Notes: generated from the letters alone by a model not told the origin. A stretch of DNA of 64,000 nt from Octopus vulgaris (GCA_951406725.2 OX597816.1:46190001-46254000); one strand, 5' to 3'; counted from the first letter of the stretch, positions 27,294 through 41,960 are shown. A program made the numbers and translations.

Positions 27294-27699
27294 ATAAATT
27301 AGGATTTGAAGGAATCAGGCACTTAAATGGTAAAGCACTAAGCATTGGGTCGGGTCAAAAAATAAAATGTGTACGCAACAAAAATATAGGAATACAATAT
27401 GTGGGTACTGAATTACAGGCAGAAAGATACTCAGTTTATGTATACAATTAACTGTATCCAGCTGAATATATCATGAGCCCTGAGGCTAATCAGGGAGTGC
27501 ACATTGCACTAAATGTACAGTCCATAATATATTTTGGATCTATGCAAGGAGCAGGTTCTGAGTGATGTGACCAATAAATCAATAAATAACCACTGATGGA
27601 TAATGTATCAATTTGCTACAGATGTTTCCAATGAATTTTTAATTGATTAATGGGAATATTACATTATTAAAAAAAAAAAGTCTTTCAAATTAAGTAATC

Positions 27700-27910
27700 T
27701 CTTTACTCTTTACTCTTTTACTTGCTTCTGTCATTTGACTGCAGCCATGCTGGAGCAGCGCCTTTAATCAAGCAAATCGACTCCAGGACTTATTCTTTGT
27801 AAGCCTAGTACTTATTCTATCAGGCTCTTTTGCCGAACCGCTAAGTTACTGGGACGTAAACACACCAGCATCGGTTGTCAAGCGATGTTGGGGGAACAAA
27901 CACAGACACA

Positions 27911-27948
<38 letters not shown>

Positions 27949-28126
27949 CATATACATATATACGATGGGCTTCTTTTCAGTTTCCATCAACCAAATCCAC
28001 TCACAAGGCTTTGGTCAGCCCGAGGCTATAGTAGAAGACACTTGCCCAAAGTGCCACAAAGTGGGACTGAACCTGGAACCATATGGTTCATAAGCAAGCT
28101 ACTTACCACACAGCCACTCCTGCACC
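27700..28126 (-). mobile_element. SINE family A, full length
   Basis: Reverse complement of the consensus. Confidence 0.9.
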
Positions 28127-28224
28127 TATTAATCTGTCCATTAATCAATTAAAAATTTGTTAGAAACAGCTGTAGTAGATTAACACATTATCTATCAGTT
28201 GCTATGTATATATATATATATATG

Positions 28225-28632
28225 GGTGCAGGAGTGGCTGTGTGTTAAGAAGCTTGCTTACAAACCACATGGTTCTAGGTTCAGTCCCACTGTGTGGTAC
28301 CTTGAGCAAGTGCTTTCTACTATAGCTCTGGATCGATCAAAGCCTTGTGAGTGGATTTGGCAGATGGAAACTGAAAGAAGCCTGTCGTATATATAAGTGT
28401 GTCTGTGTGTGTGTTTATGTGTCTGTGTTTGTCTCCCCCCCCCCCATCGTTTGACGACTGATGTTGATGTGTTTATGTTGCCTTAACTTAGTAGTTCAGA
28501 AAAAGAGACCAATAGAATAAGTACTAGTTTTACAAAGAATAAGCCCTATGGTCAGTTTGTTCAACTAAATCTGGTGCTCCAGCATGGCTGCAGTCAAATG
28601 ACTGAAACCAGTAAAAGAATAAAAGAATCAAA

Positions 28633-28635
<3 letters not shown>
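28225..28635 (+). mobile_element. SINE family A, full length
   Basis: Matches the consensus. Confidence 0.9.
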
Positions 28636-28675
<40 letters not shown>

Positions 28676-28892
28676 AGAAATTAAAAACAAAAACAACAAA
28701 AGTCAAAAGGACATACACAGTGATTGTATTACGTTGATGCTCAGTTTAAGATGGAAAAAAGAAAGGGTGTAATGTTTTGAGCATGACTCTTTGTTGGATA
28801 GAGAAAAGGTCCAGAGGGAAGGAAAAGAATAGTCTGAGAAAAGAACATGTGTGGTTTACATGGCTAGAGAGAGAGAGAGAGAGAGAAATATA

Positions 28893-29086
28893 TTACTGGT
28901 TATGGCATATAACCAATCAGAAGGTTGGTTTTGTGCCAACTATTCCAACTTGGTAATACTGACAACTTTTCAGAAAATATTAGCTTCTGGTCAGTTTGAC
29001 TGAAAAACTATCAGTATTGCCTAGGTGAAAAAGTTGGTGTGAAACCAGTGGTAGCATTCTGACTAGTTATATGCCATAACGAGTTA
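28893..29086. mobile_element. Foldback/MITE-like element, about 195 bp
   Basis: gttatggcatataac..tcagaa pairs with ttctga..gttatatgccataac; inner ccaact..aatactga..tttcag also pairs. Confidence 0.7.
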
Positions 29087-29297
29087 TTGAATGCTTAATG
29101 ACATATAAATATAACTGCTCCATTACTCGTTGAGTGTGCTTTTTTAATGGCCTATAAATAGCCAATCAATAATATATATATATAAATAAATATATAACAA
29201 AACAGGAAAGTGGAAATTTTTTGGTATTATTTAAGAGGAAACAGCTGGGTTTTACCCTAACTACCTATATATATATCAACATACATATATATATAAG

Positions 29298-29340
<43 letters not shown>

Positions 29341-29384
29341 TGCTTTTCGCAGGAAGGAAGTTTTCTTCGAAGTATACGTCTCGC

Positions 29385-30050
29385 TTTTATCCTTCGAAAC
29401 GTTCTATGTTTTTCGTCTCTCTATGTGTTCGACGTCTTTTTTGGTGTCCTGTACACATATATGCGTGTATATGTACATGTAGAGGTAGGTACGTACATAT
29501 ATGTTTATATATATGCATATATTTTATCAACATATTATACGACTAAACGCACGCACCCTATTAAGTAAGATTGTTCTGTTTTGTCTTTTCTCGCCCGCCT
29601 TCTAAGGCTACTGGTCGATATTCTTTCCCTCTCGTCGTCCACTATAATCCAGCGTTTGCAATACTTTTTTCGTCTGGCGTTAACAGCCCTTCTTATCTTG
29701 TTCCCCTTGTCCTGTCTCTCACTGTTATATATTTATTTTTCCACTGTTTATATATATATTTTTACTGTTTATATGTTTGTACTGTCGTTACCGTCTTGTT
29801 TTTATCTGCAAAAGATCTCATTTTAATTGATTTGCTTTTCGCATTTTCTTGATATATATCCTTCGAAACGTTTAGTATATATGAAGAAGGGGATTTTTCG
29901 TTGTGCTTATTGTCCTGTTTCTCCTTTTTTGCTTGTCTTGTTCCTTGGTTTGTGTCTATGTTTTTCGTCTCTCTATGTGTTCGACGTCTTTTGGTGTCCT
30001 GTACACATATATATATGTAATGTAGAGGTAGGTACGTACATATATGTATA
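29385..30050 (+). repeat. Unclassified CpG-richer repeat with internal direct duplication
   Basis: tatccttcgaaacgtt and a ~100-bp ctatgtttttcgtctctctatgtgttcgacg...gtacgtacatatatgt block each occur twice. Confidence 0.6.
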
Positions 30051-30149
30051 TGATGTTCCAAATGGCGGTGCCCCAGCATGGCCACAGCTCATTAGCTGAA
30101 ACTGGAAAAATCAAAAATCAAAATGCAAAAATATATATAAACATATATG

Positions 30150-30181
<32 letters not shown>

Positions 30182-30199
30182 TGTATGTATGTATGTATG

Positions 30200-30230
<31 letters not shown>

Positions 30231-30331
30231 ATGTATATATATATATAATATAATATATATATAAATGCAAAAAAATAAACATACATATATGTATATGTAT
30301 GTATGTATGTTTGTATCTATCTATCTATCTA

Positions 30332-30487
<156 letters not shown>

Positions 30488-30939
30488 TTCACACACATAC
30501 ACTACTAATACATACATAAGCATACATAGAGGAAAAAAAAAAAGAGAAAAATAAAATTTCAGTCTGGTGATTTTTGGATAAGTTAGTTACTTGAAGACAA
30601 TATGTTATGAATGACTGATTCTTCTCCAATATTGGTGATTAGCAAATTCAAACAGAATTAGATATAGCAAGATCATATACTTAGAAAAAAAAAAAAAAAC
30701 GAAAAAAAGAAGCAGACAAAATTTTAAAAAAGTAGATGTAACTGGGCGAATGGTGGGTGATGAAAGGTTGATTGAAGATTTCAAATATATAAACGGTGAA
30801 ACAAAACAGAGCAAAGAAGAAAAGAAAGAATGAAAAGAGCTTCATATGTATTCTGTGATGTTCTTCTTTTTTGATAATAGGTATCTTTAGTCTTAAGGAG
30901 GAATACATCCAGGGGAAATGGGGACAGCTCTTCGGTTAT

Positions 30940-31353
30940 CTTTTATCTTTTGCTTGTTTCAGTCATCAGACTGTGGCCATGCTGGGGCACTGCCTTGAAG
31001 ATATTTCAGTCAAATGAATCAACCCCAGTGCTGATATTGTTTTAAGCCTGCTACTTATTCTGCCAGTCTTTTTTGCTGAACTGCTAAGTTATTTGGATGT
31101 AAACACACCAACACTGGTTATAAATGCCGAGTTGCAGGACAAACAGAAACACGCACACACACACACACTCACACACACATACACACAGATAACAGGCTTC
31201 TTTCTGTTTCCGTCTGTCAAATCCACTCACAATGCTTTGGTCAGCCCAAGGCTATAGGAGAAAATATTTGCCCAAGGTACCATGCAGTGGGACGGAACCT
31301 ACAACCACCTGGTTGGGAAGCAAACTTCTTACCACACAGCCATGTCTGTACCT
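30940..31353 (-). mobile_element. SINE family A, diverged; a 3'-half plus-strand copy follows at 31410-31585
   Basis: Reverse-complement match to the consensus. Confidence 0.8.
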
Positions 31354-32124
31354 GTATTTACTTTGCACACATGATGATATTTATACTGGGATTTAAGTTT
31401 GTAATTCCTTTGTGTGTGTGTTGTCCCCCACCTCAGTTTGACAACTGGTATTGGTTTGCTTATGACCCCGTAACTTAGTGGCTCTGCAAAAAAAGACCAA
31501 TAAAATAAGTACAAAACTTTTTTTTTTTAAATACCTTCAGATGGTGCTCCAGCATGGCTACAGTCCAGTGACTAAAACTTGTAAACAGCAATATTTTTAG
31601 ATTTTTTCACTTTGACAAAAAATATTTACATTATGTATATAAGAGTTCCTAAGTCATCTTGCCCACAGTACCTGGGCTTAAATAAAAAATAAAATAACAA
31701 AGTTAAGCTGCTAAGCTATTGAAAGTGAAGGTGTATGGTCTATTGGTTAAAGCATTGTACTCACAATCACAAGATCGTGGAGGTGGTGGTGGTGGTAATG
31801 ATGATCTATTCACCAACTTCCTCATGAAGTCAGAAACTACAAGCAACTATTCTGTTGTACTTAAGAGTAAATGAGCAAAGGTCCTCTCTATTGCTGATCT
31901 CTTGTTAGTATTTAGGGATGCAATTTAGACTTTTAACTCAAGGTTCAATGGTTGAATGGTTAATGTTGACAAAAGACATTCAGCTGTAAAAAACAATTAG
32001 TCCAGTAAAACCATTGTATCAAATGAAGCATTTAAACCAAAAAAATATGGCCAATATCCTCTCACACTGTCAGCCAGCTTTACTAATCTCATCTTTTTCT
32101 CTCTCTGTCTCTCTCTGAATGTGC

Positions 32125-33430
<1,306 letters not shown>

Positions 33431-33433
<3 letters not shown>

Positions 33434-33731
33434 GCACAATGGCCTAGTGGTTAGGGCAGTGGACTCGCGGTCGTAAGATTGCAGTTTCGATTCCCAGACT
33501 GGGCGTTGTGAGTGTTTATTGAGCGAAAACACCTAAAGCTCCACGAGGCTCCGGCAGGGGGTGGTGGCGATCCCTGCTGTACTCTTTCACCACAACTTTC
33601 TTTCACTCTTTCTTCTGTTGGCCTGCTCGCTTAGCCAGCGGGGTGGCGTCATTTGAAGGCTAAAACAATGCGAAGCGCATTGTGACCAGCGATGTGTAAC
33701 AACATCTGATGGCCTGGTCGGTCACGGTGAT
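33431..33731 (+). mobile_element. tRNA-headed SINE family B (tail type 1)
   Basis: tggcctagtggttagggcag A-box, ttcgattccc B-box; flanked by (TA)n. Confidence 0.85.
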
Positions 33732-33769
33732 ATATATATATATATATATATATACCTAGCTATCTATCC

Positions 33770-33815
<46 letters not shown>

Positions 33816-33892
33816 TCTCCAATTTTGTATCTGGTTTGCAAGATTCTTTATGTGAATTTGTGTGTTGATGCAAATTTTGTTGTGTCCGAAGT

Positions 33893-33990
33893 GATCAGTA
33901 CTCAGCCCCCTCATATTCACCACAGTCCTCCAAGCAATAATAAAAGAATTCAAGACAGGATGTCCCTGGGAGCTCCTCTATGCTGATGAC
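33893..33990 (+). pseudogene. Isolated ~100-bp RTE RT core fragment
   Basis: SVLSPLIFTTVLQAIIKEFKTGCPWELLYADD, near-identical to the RT at 38780-38880. Confidence 0.85.
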
Positions 33991-34297
33991 TTTGAACAGT
34001 TATCTCCCTTGCCCACAATAATAATAATAACGATAACCAATTACCTCCCCTTATTTTTCTACTTGTGAAGTCGTTCACTTGTAAATATTATCACATACAA
34101 CATGGACAAAAATTTCTTCTTAAGAAAATACATATTCAAAAGAGTAAACCTTAATATCATGAATAGCGAAAGCGAAACCGGTTGATATATCAAAAATTAT
34201 ATTTAAACTATGTAAAGTGTGTGTATTTTCTATTTTTAATTTCTTATATATATTACAACTCACCACGTGGGGATAATCGAAATTCCTCTTTTTCTGT

Positions 34298-34344
<47 letters not shown>

Positions 34345-34367
34345 TATATACATACATATATATATAT

Positions 34368-34740
34368 ACAAGCAAAATGCCCCCTGTCCAATGGACGGTG
34401 CTGAGTTGTCAAACATTTAAACCAAATTTTCTCAAAACAACTTGTCCAACCGTCCCATAGGCCTCCCCTTTGAGAAATTCTGATTTAACCAAATTTGAGA
34501 CACCAGCAAAAGAAGAAATAAAGATAGACTTTTTTTCTATTCCAAAGAAAAACGATTTCCTATGGCTTTATCGATCGCATTCTCACCTGGAATCGATTTT
34601 TGTAATTTTTTCAATACTTATACATGCCCTAATACTGTCGGTATCTACATATCAAATTTGAGCACAATTGGATGGAGGATGCCTGAGATCCCAGAAGCCA
34701 CACACACACACAGACAGACAGAACAGATTTTATATAAGAG
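34368..34740 (+). mobile_element. Short Helentron/HINE-like non-autonomous element
   Basis: 5' hairpin ctgtcc-aat-ggacgg; 3' tacatatcaaatttgagc..(CA)n/(CAGA)n..ttttatata. Confidence 0.45.
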
Positions 34741-35057
34741 ATATATAAATATTGTCAGTGTATCATATATCTGAAAGAGAATCTCACTCTAAAGCATGGA
34801 GCAGTAATGTATCTATATGCAGTTAAGTATATGTCTGGTCATAGTGTGATCAATGGTCTTGCCTCCATAAAGATCTTAACCCCATGGACGACTCCATATA
34901 TATGTCTGTATGTATGTATATACATAGTAGTAACCAAATGACTGTACTGGATGCAGACTGGGTGATGATGGTAACTTATGTCAATCTCTAAAATGAATAG
35001 TGGCAGCCATACGCCTAACTATACACACAAGATATACTATATAATATATATATATAT

Positions 35058-35220
35058 AGTGGCTGTGTGGTAAGTAGCTTGCTAACCAATCACATGGTTC
35101 CGGGTTCAGTCCCACTGCGTGGCACCTTGGGCAAGTGTCTTCTGCTATAGCTCTGGGCCGACCAATGCCTTGTGAGTGGATTGGGTTGACGGAAACTGAA
35201 AGAAGCCTGTCATATATATG

Positions 35221-35253
<33 letters not shown>

Positions 35254-35461
35254 TTGTGTGTCTGTGTTTGTCCCCCTAGCATTGCTTGACAACTGATGCT
35301 GGTGTGTTTACGTCCCTGTCACTTAGCAGTTCGGCAAAAGAGACTGATAGAATAAGTACTGGGCTTACAAAGAATAAGTCCCGGGGTCGATTTGCTCGAC
35401 TAAAGGCGGTGCTCCAGCATGGCCGCAGTCAAATGACTGAAACAAGTAAAAGAGTAAAAGA

Positions 35462-35463
<2 letters not shown>
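35058..35463 (+). mobile_element. SINE family A, near full length
   Basis: Matches the consensus; inserted in (TA)n. Confidence 0.9.
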
Positions 35464-35501
<38 letters not shown>

Positions 35502-37232
35502 CAGGTTTCTGCACACTTGCTGTCTACCAAATTTATTCACCAGGCATTGGTCAGCTGGAAGCTATAGTACATAACACTTACCCATGCTCAAGATGTTGCA
35601 CTGAGGGACTGAACCCAAAACCAAATGATGGCAAAGCTTGCTTCTCAACTACACAGCCATACTTGCATCTATTGTCTTTCATTTTTGTGAGACCTTCTGG
35701 TACAATATTTTATTTTTAACAAAGTGGATTCAGAGCTTTATTTAACTTATGGCATCATCAAGTCTAAATCCATCAATGACCATCACCATCATATATTGTG
35801 TTGCCATCATTTAGTTCATGAGTGGCCACATCATTTACATCCCATCTCACAATGTTTTGTACAAAAAACTTTGACATGTGATTCAGTCAGTCAGTGGTTC
35901 TTAGTCTTGCTAAGACAATTCTAATGTGAATGGTTAATTTGTTTATTTATTTTTTATTTTTAGTATATATTTTTTATTTTTTGGCAGTGGGATGAAGAAT
36001 TATCTAAACAATGTTAATATCTCACCATAATGGATATAAAAATGTTTTAAAATGCAGAAAGAAAAATTATAGAAGCAAATTGTATCTAACACACACACAC
36101 ACACACAGACACATACACACACAGACACACACACACACACACGCATACATATATGGCTTCTTTGCATCTCTGAGTTGATGGACTGGATATTCTGCTGAGA
36201 ACTATTCAGTTGAAGATGTTATTTTTAAATGCAAGATATAACAACAACAGCAGCAATAAAAATGTAATGATTAGGAAGAGGAGGAGGAGGGGGAGGAGGA
36301 GGGGGAGGAAGAGGAAGATAAGGATGGTGATGGTGATGACAATGATGATGTTGAGAAGAGGGTAGAGGTGGAGGATGAGTTGGAGTAAGAGGAGGAGGAG
36401 GAGGAGAAGGACAATGATGATGATGGTGATATGAGAAGAAGAAGCAGAAGAAGAAGAAGAAGAAGAAGAGGGAGGAGGAGGAGGAAGAGGAGGAGGAGGA
36501 GGAGGCCTAAAATGTAAAAAGAAAGGTAGAACGAAAGAAAGAAAGAATGTGAGATTTAAAAAGGAAATTTCAAAAAAAATATCTGAAAGTATTCTTTGGA
36601 TAATATATAATGGATATGATATCTGGATCTTAAAAAAGAGTTTTCTTGATGCTTATGTGCCTAAAGAAATTGGTTAATAACACTAGATTTAGCATAGAGA
36701 GAAGCGAGAGAGGAATGCGTGTGTGTGTGTGAGAGCACATGTATGTGCATGTGTATATGTTTGTGTGTGTGTGCGTGTCTGTGTGTGTGTGTGCGTGTGT
36801 TTGAGTAAGGGAGAAACGTGAAGTGCTGGAGAGAAGGAACTGCATTAATTGAATAAGTGCTATACGGGAAAAGCAAACAATAAAATTACGTTATTTGCAA
36901 TTTGCACCATTATGTTCAATTTAGTAAGGGAATATAATTATGTGTATGCGTTTATACGCGTATGGATACATGTATGTGATGTGAGAAATATGTGTGTATG
37001 TCTATACATACATACATGCATACATAAACACACACACACACACACACACATGTATATATGTATATATGTATGTATTTATTTATATAAAACACATGCATAC
37101 ATGCATAAACATCACTGAAGTTGACATGGAAGGGAAATGAGTTCCAAATTTATAATATTGTATTGTTTACATAGCAACATAGCTCTCTTTATTTCTCTTT
37201 AATGTATGTATGTATGTTTCGTATCAATCTCC

Positions 37233-37291
<59 letters not shown>

Positions 37292-37294
<3 letters not shown>

Positions 37295-39987
37295 TCATCA
37301 TCATCGTTTAACGTCCGCTTTCCATGCTAGCATGGGTTGGACAGTTCAACTGGGGTCTGGGAAGCCCGAAGGCTGCACCAGGCCAGTCAGATGTGGCAGT
37401 GTTTCTACAGCTGGATGCCCTTCCTAACGCCAACCACTCCGAGAGTGTAGTGGGTGATTTTATGTGCCACCGACACAGGTGCCAGACGAGGCTGGCAGAC
37501 GGCCACGCTCGGATGGTGTTTTTTATGTGCCACCGACACAGGTGCCAGACGAGGCTGGTGGACGGCCACGCTCGGATGGTGTTTGTTACGTGCCCTCAGC
37601 ACGGAGGCCAGTCATTGCGGTACTGGCTACGGTCACGTTCGGATGGTTTTCTTATGTGCCACCGGCACTGGTACCACAAGGATACAAATTCCATTGATGT
37701 TCATCTATTTTGATTTGGTTCGATTTGATTCGATACGATTCGATTCTCACTTGCCTCAACAGGTCTTCACAAGTGTCACAAGAAGGAAGGTATGCACAGG
37801 TGGACTGACTACGTCCCAGGTAGGGGCCACGGATTATGGCTTCACTAGTCTTGCCGGGTCTTCTCACGCACAGCATACTTCCATAGGTCTCGGTCTCTAG
37901 TCATTTCCATGGTGAGACCTAACGTCCGAAGGTCGTGCTTCACCACCTCATCCCAGGTTTTCCTGGGTCTACCTCTTCCACGGGTTCCCTCAACTGCTAG
38001 GGATTGGCACTTTCTCACACACCTATCTTCATCCATTCTCGCCACATGACCATACCAGCGCAATCGTCTCTCTTGCACACAACAACTGATGCTTCTTAGG
38101 TACAACATTTCTCTCAAGGTACTAACGCTCTGTCGAGTAAGTACACTGACATTACACATCCATCGGAGCATACTGGCTTCGTTCCTCACGAGCTTACGCA
38201 TGTCCTCAGCAGTCACGGCCCATGTTTCACTGCCATGTAGCATAGCTGTTCGTACACATGCATCATACAGTCTGCCTTTTACTCTGAGCGAGAGGCCTTT
38301 AGTCACCAGCAGAGGTAAGAGCTCCCTAAACTTTGCCCAGGCTATTCTTATTCTAGCAGTTACACTTTCAGCGCACCCACCCCCACTACTGACTTGGTCA
38401 CCTAGATAGCGGAAGCTATCAACTACTTCTAGTTTTTCCCCCGGAAAGTGACAGAAGTTGTTTTCTGCAGATTTTCGGAGGTCAATGCTCCAGAGCACCT
38501 GCCACATACAAAAACTATCTTCCCAGTTAGCCTACCTTTGACATTGCTGCACCTCTTATGTGTCCATAGCTTACACTGGGTACATCTTATAGAGTTTCTA
38601 CCTACACCTTTTCTACAGATCGAGCAGGGCCATCTTCCTGAGGATATTTGTGGGTTTTCTACCTTACTTATTAGTACTTTGGTTTTAGCTAGGTTGACTC
38701 TAAGGCCCCTCGATTCTAAACCCTCCTTCCACACCTGGAACTTCTCCTCCAGTTCTGATAGTGACTCAGCGATTAGAGCGAGGTCATCAGCATAGAGGAG
38801 CTCCCAAGGGCATCCTGTCTTGAATTCCTCCGTTATTGCCTGGAGGACTATGATAAATAGGAGGGGGCTGAGTACTGAACCCTGGTGGACCCCAACCTCT
38901 ACTTTGAATTCTTCTGTGTACATGTTGCCAACTCTAACCTTACTTACGGCATCTCTGTACATGGCTTGCACAGCCCTCACCAGCCATTCATCTATCCCTA
39001 GTTTCCTCATTGACCACCAGATGAGGGATCGGGGGACCCTATCAAAGGCTTTCTCCATGTCAACGAAAGCCAGGTACAGGGGCTTATCCTTGGCTAGGTA
39101 TTTCTCCTGCAGCTGCCTTACCAGGAATATAGCATCAGTGGTGCTTTTCCCTGGGACAAACCCAAACTGCATCTCATCTAAACTAACTCTCTCTCTAATT
39201 AGTTGGGCTATGACCCTCTCCGTAACCTTCATTACCTGATCCAACAGCTTGATACCTCTGTAATTATTTGTATCCAGGGCATCACCTTTACCTTTGTAGC
39301 AGTTGACTAGTATGCTGCTACACCAGTCATTGGGTATGACTCCTTCGTGTATCACCTGGTTGACTATACGGGTGACTAGGTTATAGCCGACACTGCCAGA
39401 TATTTTGAGCATCTCTGCAGTAATTCCTGATGGGCCTGGGGCTTTCCCTGTCTTCATGCTTCTAATTGCCTTAGCTACCACGGAACTATCCACTCGGATA
39501 GCTGGTCCCTCTGTTGGGTCAACATTTGGCAGACTCTCTTTATCCCATTCATTTTCTTTATTCAGCAAACTTTCATAGTGGCATCTCCAAACCTCTCTTT
39601 TGCATCCTCATTTAGTGCAAGTGAACCATCATCCATGCGAACACACTTCTCTCCTACCACATCACGATTCTCTCTCACACACTGTCTTGCAACACGAAAT
39701 ACCTCAAGTCTTTCATCCTCACGGCTCAGAACATTGGCAAATTTTTTCTTATCCGCTTCCCCTCTGGCTAAATAAACCTGTCTCCTAGCTTCCCTTTTGG
39801 CTGTCTGATACAATTCCCTGCTACCACCGTTCTTCCAGTCCTTCCAAGCCTGTCTCTTTTGTCTAATAGCCCCGTCAACCACCGTGTTCCACCACCATGT
39901 AACTCTGGGTCGAGATGGTACTTTGCTCCATCCACAGATCTGGTCAGTGGCTGTCAGCAGATTGTCCCGTAGGAATCTCCAGTTGTC
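37292..39987 (-). mobile_element. Young 5'-truncated RTE-clade LINE: RT, PHD finger, 3'UTR and (GAT)n tail
   Basis: ORFs 39562-39882, 38429-39568 and 37845-38507 join via two frameshifts; KAPGPSG, NYRGIKLL, QFGF, DMEKAFD, GVHQGSVLSP, LYADD, FRYLG, WYGHV, RGRPRKTW; endonuclease domain missing; both flanks (TA)n. Confidence 0.95.
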
Positions 39988-39988
39988 T

Positions 39989-40023
<35 letters not shown>

Positions 40024-40034
40024 GTATGTATATA

Positions 40035-40082
<48 letters not shown>

Positions 40083-40485
40083 CATATATGCATATATACA
40101 CACATATGTGTGTGTGCACATACACATTACATGTATATGCATATATCATCATTCTTCTTCCATTGTACATTTTTTTCTCATGCCTGCATGGGTCAGTTGA
40201 AATTCATTGAAGCAAATATTGTACGGCTGAATGCTTTTCCTGTAACTAACCCTCACCTGATTTCAAGAAAAGCAATATTTCTCCCAGTCATTGAAACAAT
40301 GTTTGGACTTTTTTTTTTTAATGGGAAATTATAAGAGAACGACAGGCTTGTATTTCGTGAGAATTCACAATCCAACAACACACTTTGTTTGTTTACAATT
40401 TACACAGAAAGCTAAACAAATACGAGACAAAGTAAAACAAATGCACATATATACACATATATATACTAATAAATATGTGTGTATG

Positions 40486-40528
<43 letters not shown>

Positions 40529-40631
40529 TATAAAATGGGAAGGTTTACGAAAATAAACAAAAGACGAAGGCAGGTGGAGTACAAACAAACAAATGTATTA
40601 GTATGGCGCTCAGGAATAGAAATAGAACAAG

Positions 40632-40669
40632 TCTTTTACGTTTCGAGCCTACGCTCTTCAACAGAAAGA
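40632..40669 (-). ncRNA. Minimal hammerhead-like motif with variant core CUGUUGA
   Basis: Minus strand: tcttt-CTGTTGA-a-gagc-gtag-gctc-GAAA-cg-TA-aaaga, within repeat 40535-40730. Confidence 0.55.
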
Positions 40670-40727
40670 TACACAGAAAAGAAACAAGGAGAGAAAAAAA
40701 TGTGTGTAGGAGCTAACGGTCCATCAT

Positions 40728-40767
<40 letters not shown>

Positions 40768-40913
40768 ATATGTATACCATTCTGCCTTAAAAAATGGATC
40801 TACAAATACAATATCCCTACATATATCACATCTATTTTCTTTTATTTCCTCCACCTCACTCTCTATTTTATATCTTATCTAAATTAACTATTTCTTATCC
40901 ACCCTCTCACACT

Positions 40914-40961
40914 GTCTCCGATGAAGGGATATAATAAATATCCTGGAAACAGCTGTAAGAC
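40914..40961 (+). ncRNA. Minimal type I hammerhead motif (CCGAUGA variant)
   Basis: gtct-CCGATGA-a-gggatat-aataa-atatcct-g-GAAA-cagctg-TA-agac, within repeat 40772-41030. Confidence 0.7.
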
Positions 40962-41046
40962 CTTCTGTCTATAAATGTCCTAAAATCTACACAGCCTTGG
41001 TTTTTTATCTCATTGCGAAAAAATTTTTTTATAGGTGTGTGTGTGT

Positions 41047-41347
41047 GGAGGCACATGGCCTAGTGGTTAGAGCAGCGGACTCATGGTCGAGGGATCGCAG
41101 GTTCGAATCTCAGACCAGGTGATGTGTATGTTTATGAGCGAAACACCTAAGTTCCACGCGGCTCCAGCAGAAGGTAATGGCAAACTTCTGTTGACTCCTT
41201 TGCCACAACTTTCTCTCACTCTTTCCTCCTGCATTTAGCAGCTCACTTGTGATGGACCAGCATCCCATCCAGGTGGGGAACCTATATGCCAATGAAACCA
41301 GGAAACCAGCCCATTATGAGCCAGGCATGGCTTGAGAAGGAACAAAC
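41047..41347 (+). mobile_element. SINE family B (tail type 2)
   Basis: Head and body shared with 33431; tail gatggaccagcatcccatccagg..gaaggaacaaac. Confidence 0.85.
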
Positions 41348-41412
41348 ATATACATATGACTGTGCTGTTGAGGAGATTGACGATGCAAGCTGCCTTGCTT
41401 AAGTTCACCTAG

Positions 41413-41463
<51 letters not shown>

Positions 41464-41489
41464 ATAAAAAATAAATAATCTAGGTGAAC

Positions 41490-41960
41490 TTAGGCAAAGC
41501 AACTTGCGTCGTCACTCTCTTCAACAGCATAGTCTTGCCTGCAATGCTAAACGCATGTGAGACTTGGGCTCTGACAAAGAGAGAACAACATCTGCTTATG
41601 GTGCAGAGAGCCATGGAAAGGTCGATGTTGGGAATCTCACTAAGAGATCACATCCGGAACAAGGAGATCAGGAATAGAACTCAATTGAAGGATGTCATTA
41701 CAGACTACCACCATGCAAAGCTATGATGGGCTGGTCATGTCATAAAGTTCACAGGTAAATAGGTAGACCGGTGCAATTGTTTAGTGGTACCCATGCAAGT
41801 GGAAGGGATCACTTGGAAGGCCTTCAGTCAGGTGGGAAGATGACTTCAGAAAAATATTTAGAGCAACTTGGAGGAGAATGGCGAGAATACAGGAGGAATG
41901 GAACGAATGCTGTGGCCAGCAAAGCTGATTCAGCGCCAGACAGCCTGACCAATCCAGGTG
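41490..41960 (+). pseudogene. RTE ORF2 C-terminal remnant (third RTE family)
   Basis: LFNSIVLPAMLNACETW..QRAMERSMLGISLRDHIRN..WAGHV..GRPSVRWEDD. Confidence 0.85.

Noticed and set aside
30953-30972. Minus-strand CUGAUGA-cu-GAAAC
   Set aside because: A variant of the SINE A tail with no stem II; other copies read CAAAUGA
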